Shown: piece by piece, positions 37,901 through 42,077 of the stretch
Layout: each line of letters begins with the position of its first letter
How positions within the stretch are numbered: position 1 is the stretch's first letter
Virus record (IMG/VR): IMGVR_UViG_3300043447_000048
Coordinates: 1 to 42,077 of that record
From: a virus
Lineage: Duplodnaviria; Caudoviricetes
Direction: 5' to 3' (one strand)
Length of the DNA: 42,077 nucleotides
Notes under the pieces: generated by a model
Seen by the model: the letters and a program-made list of their open reading frames with translations, nothing else
What the model was told of the DNA's origin: nothing
Databases searched by the model: none
Program-made: the position numbers and the translations under genes

Positions 37901-40511
37901 GTTAGATGATATCAAAGGTGAGAATGGTGTAGATAAGCTTACACAAAAAGCTTTAAAGAGATTATATAGTGAGTTAGCAGATATGCAGTATAAGTCTCCC
38001 ACAGATGACTACTTTGCTGTTTTCAATAATAAACTAGAAGGTATTGATCAAACTAAACTTGCAAACTTCTCTATATCAGAGATTAACATGGATAACTATG
38101 ATAATTTCTTAAAGCCTGGTTTCTTATCTAAGTATTTTAAAGTTAGTCCTGAGTTTAAAGAATGGTTTTTAGCAAACCATATTATGACTGAGAGATATAA
38201 CTATAAGACTAAGAAAGATGAGAGAGTCTATGAGAGATTATACGTTTGGAGTGTAACTCAGCCGGCTAATGAAGAAGATTACAATACTTATAAGTACAAT
38301 GATGTAAACCCATCTACAGGTGAGATTACTGAAGTTACTTTAGATAAAGTACCAAAGATAGATTTCTACAGAAGAGCTGTTAAAAAAGAATACAAAACTG
38401 GTTACAATAAAACAACTGGTAAAGTAGAGCGTCAAGTAGGTGTACATGTAGATAACAGAGGTAATTGGTTACCACGTACAATGGCTCAAGGCGCTAAAGA
38501 TGATTCTTATATCAATAAAGCTTACTTTGATCTTAAACAGAATAGTCCGGCCAAAGCAAAAGTCCTTGATACTATTGTAAAGTATACACTGTTATTCCAG
38601 GAAGACAAAAGTAAGTACGGAAAACTGTACTTAGATGTACCTAGATTCAGAAAACTTAAGAGTGAATTAGTAGGTGGTAGTTTAAATAGAAGCGCTGCTA
38701 AAGTTAAAACCTTTATCAAACAAGTAAAGGATTCTGTTACTAAAACAGAGGATGACTTTGATCAAGGCTTTAACTATAATGAGTCATTTAACTTAGTAAG
38801 AGCAGACATGTTTGATGAAGAGATTTCTTCTATTCCGGTAAAAGGTTTGTATAAGTTAGATGTAGATCAGGTATCATTAAACGTACCGTACTCTATGTTG
38901 CAATACATGTTCTCATTAGAACACCAGAAAAAGCTTATTGAATTAAATCCAATTGCTCAAGCTTTACAGAAGGTTGTAAATAATAAAGAGAATGCTATTA
39001 AAGATACCTCTAAGGTAAATGGATATAACTGGGTAACTCAGAATATTAAATCTTACATTCCTAAAAAAGGTAAGAACATAAGAGCTGAAGCTATCAATAC
39101 TCTTATTGAAAGAGAGTTTAAAGGTCAAACTAGAGAAGGTTGGTTATCTGAATCAACTACTTTAAGTAAAGCTGTAGATGTATTACAATCACAATCTACG
39201 TTTGCTATGTTTGCATTTAACGTTTTACCATCAGCATTTAAAAACTTTGGTGGTGCCGTTACACAAATGATTATTGAGTCAGGTGGTGGTAAATATCTTA
39301 ACAAGCGTTCTTATGTACAAGGTCAAACTAAAGCCTTAAAGATAATGACTGATATCTCAGCTAATATCTATAATCCAGGTGAGAAAAGTGTTGACTATCA
39401 ATTAGTTGAAGTTTTTGATCCAATTAAAGGTAGATTCCAAGAACGTTTTGGTGCTGAGTTTGGTAGATCTATTGGTACTGATTTAGCAGATAGTATTATG
39501 TTTGGTGCTGGTAAAGCTAGATCTGGTGGTGTTTATACTGCGCCTAGAAAGTGGTTAGAAAATGAGGGTACTCTTTCTTTGTTTGCCGGTATGATGATCT
39601 TTAAAAAGATACCACAAACAATCAATGGTCAAACTAATATGATTAGTTACATAGATGCATGGGAGAAAGATGGTCAAGGTATCATTAAATTAAAACCAGG
39701 TATTGATGAAACTTATGCTCCAGGTGGTACAGAATTTAAAGCAATGCGTAATACTATCCAGGAAAAGAGTAATGATCTGCAGGGTGCATATTCTACAATG
39801 GATAAAGTAATGCTTGATAAATATGCAGTATGGCGTATGTTCTCAGGATTAAGGCGCTTCTTTACAAGAATGTTTGTAAACAGATTTAGTGCTCTGAGAT
39901 ATAACTCACGTACTGGAGATATGTCAGAAGGTTACTATAGAGTGTTTGCTAGATTTGTAAAAGACTTTATTTCTAGAGCTGCTTCAGGTAATATGTATAT
40001 GACTGATGATGAAACCTATGCTACTAAAAAAATTCTAACAGAAGGTATTAGTATTACTTTATTGGCACTTATAATTTCTTACTTGTTTGGATATGATCCA
40101 GATGATGAAGAAAGATTTGAAAAGATGCGCCAAAGAAGTGGTGATTTATTATCTGATGACTTTAATGCAGCGGGTTGGTTAACTAACCATGCATTAGTTG
40201 TAGCACTTGGAACAAGACAAGAAACTATTACATTCTTAAACCCTAGAGAATATGTTGGTTTAGTTTACTCAGGAGGTGCTCCAACATTAGGACCTGTAAT
40301 GGATAAGTATAAGGATGCCGGAGTAGATTTAATGCACTTGATTACTAATGATAACCGTGCTTATTATACTAGAGATGTAGGACCTTATTCTTGGCAAAAA
40401 GAAAATGCGCCTAAAATCTTTAATGATCTTGGATATTTATTTGGATTTACTGGTAATCAGATTGATCCAGTTAAAGCTTTGAAAGGTGTAGAGTTCCAAA
40501 CTAGAAGATAA
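34953..40511 (+). CDS. Large virion cargo protein with N-terminal zincin (HExxH) domain
   Basis: 1852 aa from ATG 34953 (ATGA overlap). VLHEYAH at 35538-35552 with downstream QEVFV; long helical body; C-terminal LQGAY...RRFF...EGYY region with a hydrophobic helix, typical of the large protein that follows crAss-like RNAPs. Confidence 0.7.
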   Translation: MSKCRLDIQNDVLKTYKKALAKEVGQFLSPTDSLNTFYVNTGGNTQAGAASISKAVLGLNEYWRTNMAEFITWDGDARVFVNPPKYVIDHYWEEYKKNNNITEESPDYYRIADEDFLNSLFPSVESQENVKAQEIATKFANNLASQTGINYKMISAIQAAELTKDTTAPWNGEPAFYYQDTVYFIENGFKLNQVLHEYAHPIVRSLYLNNYDLFNNLYNQIISTEEGTAIVNTVTELYPEYNITDPNFAQEVFVRALEQAAVQKANKISSTTGFNSFISNLLFAIKQLIRKVFGKGIKIEKLDVNTTLDQLANMLVSENFILTTEVITPEDLVLYSKNNKTLYADLDKVDTDALVQVVNRFFSNSKSQLSRIRTNQNYSDFVDTITTESGRSILKDIVDNLRVAETTTVDDKVKKFKDDVDKREKQVVSLVRSSIQTDVLLDRIVDKLFEMQSMSDTKEVINQTFYYDILLRNWNKFIQETINGLTDSGLRTDSSLFALFSRMAKKAEQSERLINNIYKKGIGGVLTEQIEPLAKNVDKYFTDKLEILKSKNASAKEIKKVQDEWDRLKLNRATIDDYLSGMRGDVNALSAYVEAFASSPDPIISSFSVFLDNAYTDVELKAKKNKDDFLNDLLPALKEAGYSDKNISELMSELTFEEEVIIRDRDGNAKTFKKLVLLNPFKAFEKVITQFQFDIEDAKRVGDIEKARLLNKQFRQFSRDYMHDQFVPEFYTKEKIYDSELGSIIYQRKQDILADIADIDQRVFEDLTEEDAFEEKKILWKKYSQLASLRDEAGKLKTGDELEMAKIEKQYREESRKFYEWKEITGLFEFKLNQFKQDLLDQGLTVDSEEFKDNVNDWIDANTRVSIKSDFYDKKQAILTKIKAITDTLPANVASKVEQGKLWEELIDIVIGFRDDDGQPVGSEMSEERLKRVKELQEEILKIKDNMATFSGLSKLQFERYLELAKLIKSKKASIKDKEEFKELDDIKGENGVDKLTQKALKRLYSELADMQYKSPTDDYFAVFNNKLEGIDQTKLANFSISEINMDNYDNFLKPGFLSKYFKVSPEFKEWFLANHIMTERYNYKTKKDERVYERLYVWSVTQPANEEDYNTYKYNDVNPSTGEITEVTLDKVPKIDFYRRAVKKEYKTGYNKTTGKVERQVGVHVDNRGNWLPRTMAQGAKDDSYINKAYFDLKQNSPAKAKVLDTIVKYTLLFQEDKSKYGKLYLDVPRFRKLKSELVGGSLNRSAAKVKTFIKQVKDSVTKTEDDFDQGFNYNESFNLVRADMFDEEISSIPVKGLYKLDVDQVSLNVPYSMLQYMFSLEHQKKLIELNPIAQALQKVVNNKENAIKDTSKVNGYNWVTQNIKSYIPKKGKNIRAEAINTLIEREFKGQTREGWLSESTTLSKAVDVLQSQSTFAMFAFNVLPSAFKNFGGAVTQMIIESGGGKYLNKRSYVQGQTKALKIMTDISANIYNPGEKSVDYQLVEVFDPIKGRFQERFGAEFGRSIGTDLADSIMFGAGKARSGGVYTAPRKWLENEGTLSLFAGMMIFKKIPQTINGQTNMISYIDAWEKDGQGIIKLKPGIDETYAPGGTEFKAMRNTIQEKSNDLQGAYSTMDKVMLDKYAVWRMFSGLRRFFTRMFVNRFSALRYNSRTGDMSEGYYRVFARFVKDFISRAASGNMYMTDDETYATKKILTEGISITLLALIISYLFGYDPDDEERFEKMRQRSGDLLSDDFNAAGWLTNHALVVALGTRQETITFLNPREYVGLVYSGGAPTLGPVMDKYKDAGVDLMHLITNDNRAYYTRDVGPYSWQKENAPKIFNDLGYLFGFTGNQIDPVKALKGVEFQTRR

Positions 40512-40533
40512 TTTCGTATATTATATATGTAGT
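40510..40533 (+). promoter_or_regulatory. Putative phage late promoter motif (copy 2), upstream of the lysis cassette
   Basis: AATTTCGTATATTATATATGTAGT, 20/24 identical to 446-469. Confidence 0.55.
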
Positions 40534-40534
40534 A

Positions 40535-40593
40535 CCCTAAAAACCTTCTAGGGCTGCATCCCGAATTAACTGCGGTAAAAAACAAATACCGTA
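40535..40593 (+). promoter_or_regulatory. Structured 5' leader of the holin-like gene (two hairpins)
   Basis: CCCTA(40535-39)/TAGGG(40549-53) stem and TGCGGTA(40571-77)/TACCGTA(40587-93) stem. The second stem includes the A of the start codon. Confidence 0.45.
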
Positions 40594-40841
40594 TGAAACT
40601 ATTAAATTTTATTGCGAATCTATTCAAGGATGAAAAAGGTTCCGTATCCATGAAACGTTTATGTGGCTTACTGTGTACTATTACACTGTGTGCCACTTTG
40701 TATGCTAACTCATTTACTGAGGCTCACTTTGCTCCTTCTACTCCATTGGTAGATGCTGTTGCTTTGTTGGCTTTTGGTTGTTTGGGCTTGACTTCTGTAG
40801 AGAAGATCATGAAGAAAAAGGAGGACTCTTCTGAGGCATAA
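40593..40841 (+). CDS. Holin-like membrane protein
   Basis: 82 aa with FKDEKGSVSMKR, two hydrophobic segments and a charged C-terminal tail (EKIMKKKED); lies directly upstream of a cell-wall enzyme. Confidence 0.65.
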   Translation: MKLLNFIANLFKDEKGSVSMKRLCGLLCTITLCATLYANSFTEAHFAPSTPLVDAVALLAFGCLGLTSVEKIMKKKEDSSEA

Positions 40842-40843
40842 TT

Positions 40844-41431
40844 ATGAGCTATACTAGAGAACAAATTGAAGCAGCTGTTAAAGCCAAAGGTTATAAGTAC
40901 TTTGAGAACGGAGATTTTAACGTAAATATTATTGGTGTACGTAACTCTGCTACTGGTACTAAGGTAACTAACGTATTTGATGACCATTTGACTCTTTCTT
41001 ACAAAGAGAATGGTGAGTGGAAGTTCAAGATCTGGCCTGCTACTACAGACCCAGGAACTAAAGGAGTTAAAGAATTCCACAACGCACAAGGAGTTGCAAG
41101 ACTAGTACCTGGTCAATACCCAGGTTCACACCACATTAACCTACACCAAGGTAAATACGAAGCATTAAAGCAGAAAGCTAATGTAAAGGTTTACCGTGAT
41201 GCAAATAAAGATTTAAACTACGATGAAACAAAAATTACTGAAGGGATTTACGGTATTAATATCCATAAAGCTGGTGCTGATTCAACTTATGTTGAAAACT
41301 GGTCAGAAGGGTGTCAAGTATTTAAAAAGTCAGCAGACTTTGACGCATTTATGGCAATCTGTAAAAAAGCTGCTTCCTTAGGAGGTAACTCTTTTACTTA
41401 TACTTTGATTGAATCTAAAGACATTAAATAA
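40844..41431 (+). CDS. Putative endolysin with YkuD/L,D-transpeptidase-type catalytic motif
   Basis: 195 aa, no signal peptide. GINIHKAG...NWSEGCQV fits the H...SxGC signature of the YkuD fold; located in the lysis cassette. Confidence 0.6.
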   Translation: MSYTREQIEAAVKAKGYKYFENGDFNVNIIGVRNSATGTKVTNVFDDHLTLSYKENGEWKFKIWPATTDPGTKGVKEFHNAQGVARLVPGQYPGSHHINLHQGKYEALKQKANVKVYRDANKDLNYDETKITEGIYGINIHKAGADSTYVENWSEGCQVFKKSADFDAFMAICKKAASLGGNSFTYTLIESKDIK

Positions 41432-41433
41432 TC

Positions 41434-41715
41434 ATGACTGCTAAGAAAGTAACTTCTAACCCATTACCTATTAGCTTTGAGCAATTCAAAAAGAATCCCG
41501 TGGCAGGTGTAGCATTTATTGCACTTGCCGGGATTACTTATCTCTACTATGATCTACGTTCTGGCTACGTAAGCCAAATTGAGGCTAGTAATAAGAAGAT
41601 TGAGATGCTTGATGTTAAGATGGATAGGATGGCAGCTGCACTTAAGAAATCTGACAGTGCGCTCTCTGCAGCTATTACTGAGCTGCGTATTATTAACACA
41701 ATGAAAAAATTATAA
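41434..41715 (+). CDS. Single-TM coiled-coil protein (i-spanin-like)
   Basis: 93 aa; TM segment PVAGVAFIALAGITYLYY followed by a heptad-like helix; lies downstream of the endolysin candidate. Confidence 0.45.
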   Translation: MTAKKVTSNPLPISFEQFKKNPVAGVAFIALAGITYLYYDLRSGYVSQIEASNKKIEMLDVKMDRMAAALKKSDSALSAAITELRIINTMKKL

Positions 41716-41724
41716 AAGACTACT

Positions 41725-42077
41725 ATGAAAAATCTATTAATTGTATTTACTATTTTCTTTTTGGCTGTTCACTTAGCCATGCCTTTGCGTGCTGTAGAAA
41801 CTCCTCCAGTAGATGAGTTAGAATTGATGCTTAAAAAACTTGAGAACAATCTTAAGGTTGCATCAGCTGTAACATCTGTTGCTAAAGCAAAAGGAGAGGA
41901 AATGGTTGAGCAGAAAGTTGAAGAGAAAAAGGAACTTAAAGAAGATCTAGTTCATGCTTCTGAAGAACTTAAAGTTGTTTCTGAAAAAGTAGAAGTATTT
42001 GCTTTAAGAATGGTTGAAGTTGGTTTAGATACTACAGTTAGTGTAGTAGACACCAAAAAAGAAGATAACTTTGTATT
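41725..42077 (+). CDS. Exported/membrane-anchored coiled-coil protein (3'-truncated; possibly spanin-associated)
   Basis: Not in the ORF track. MKNLLIVFTIFFLAVHLAMPLRAVETPPVDELELMLKKLENNLKVASAV... is open to the window end; signal-peptide-like N-terminus, Glu/Lys-rich helix, no lipobox Cys. Confidence 0.65.
   Translation, partial: MKNLLIVFTIFFLAVHLAMPLRAVETPPVDELELMLKKLENNLKVASAVTSVAKAKGEEMVEQKVEEKKELKEDLVHASEELKVVSEKVEVFALRMVEVGLDTTVSVVDTKKEDNFV

Noticed and set aside
4502-41089. Short minus-strand ORFs and the alternate-frame + ORFs at 5307-5615 and 12241-12447
   Set aside because: All lie within or across long + strand genes, have no recognisable motifs, and look like antisense or alternate-frame shadows of biased codon usage.
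1-42077. Stop-codon reassignment (TAG or TGA), known in some crAss-like phages
   Set aside because: Very long ORFs are intact under the standard code with near-complete coding density; genes end in TAA except one TGA in an ATGA overlap.
1-42077. tRNA, rRNA, integrase/transposase or strong intrinsic terminators
   Set aside because: Intergenic gaps are too short or lack cloverleaf or hairpin-plus-U-tract structure, and no recombinase motifs were recognised.

Overview
AT-rich phage DNA with all credible genes on the + strand, tightly packed with several TAATG/ATGA overlaps, in the standard genetic code. The gene order matches the late/structural block of a crAss-like (Crassvirales-related) phage of a Bacteroidota host: a truncated metallophosphoesterase, an IHF/HU-like protein, two tail ring/tubular-type proteins and a 1552-aa tail stabilization (muzzle) protein. 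These are followed by large predicted virion cargo/ejection proteins, including a 3141-aa single-chain virion RNA polymerase (RIP...GGDFDIDK, N-terminal HExxH zincin), and then a lysis cassette (holin-like, YkuD/L,D-transpeptidase-fold enzyme, spanin-like proteins). The most striking observation is that four consecutive cargo proteins (about 7030 aa in total) contain only six cysteines by my reading. All six lie within four residues of a terminus and are paired at the three gene junctions, suggesting a head-to-tail disulfide-linked ejection chain into which an AbiEii/MenT-like nucleotidyltransferase has been slotted. Three upstream cargo proteins are mosaics of modules punctuated by recurring xxxGG motifs. 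Family assignments come from motifs and synteny read by eye; no searches were run.
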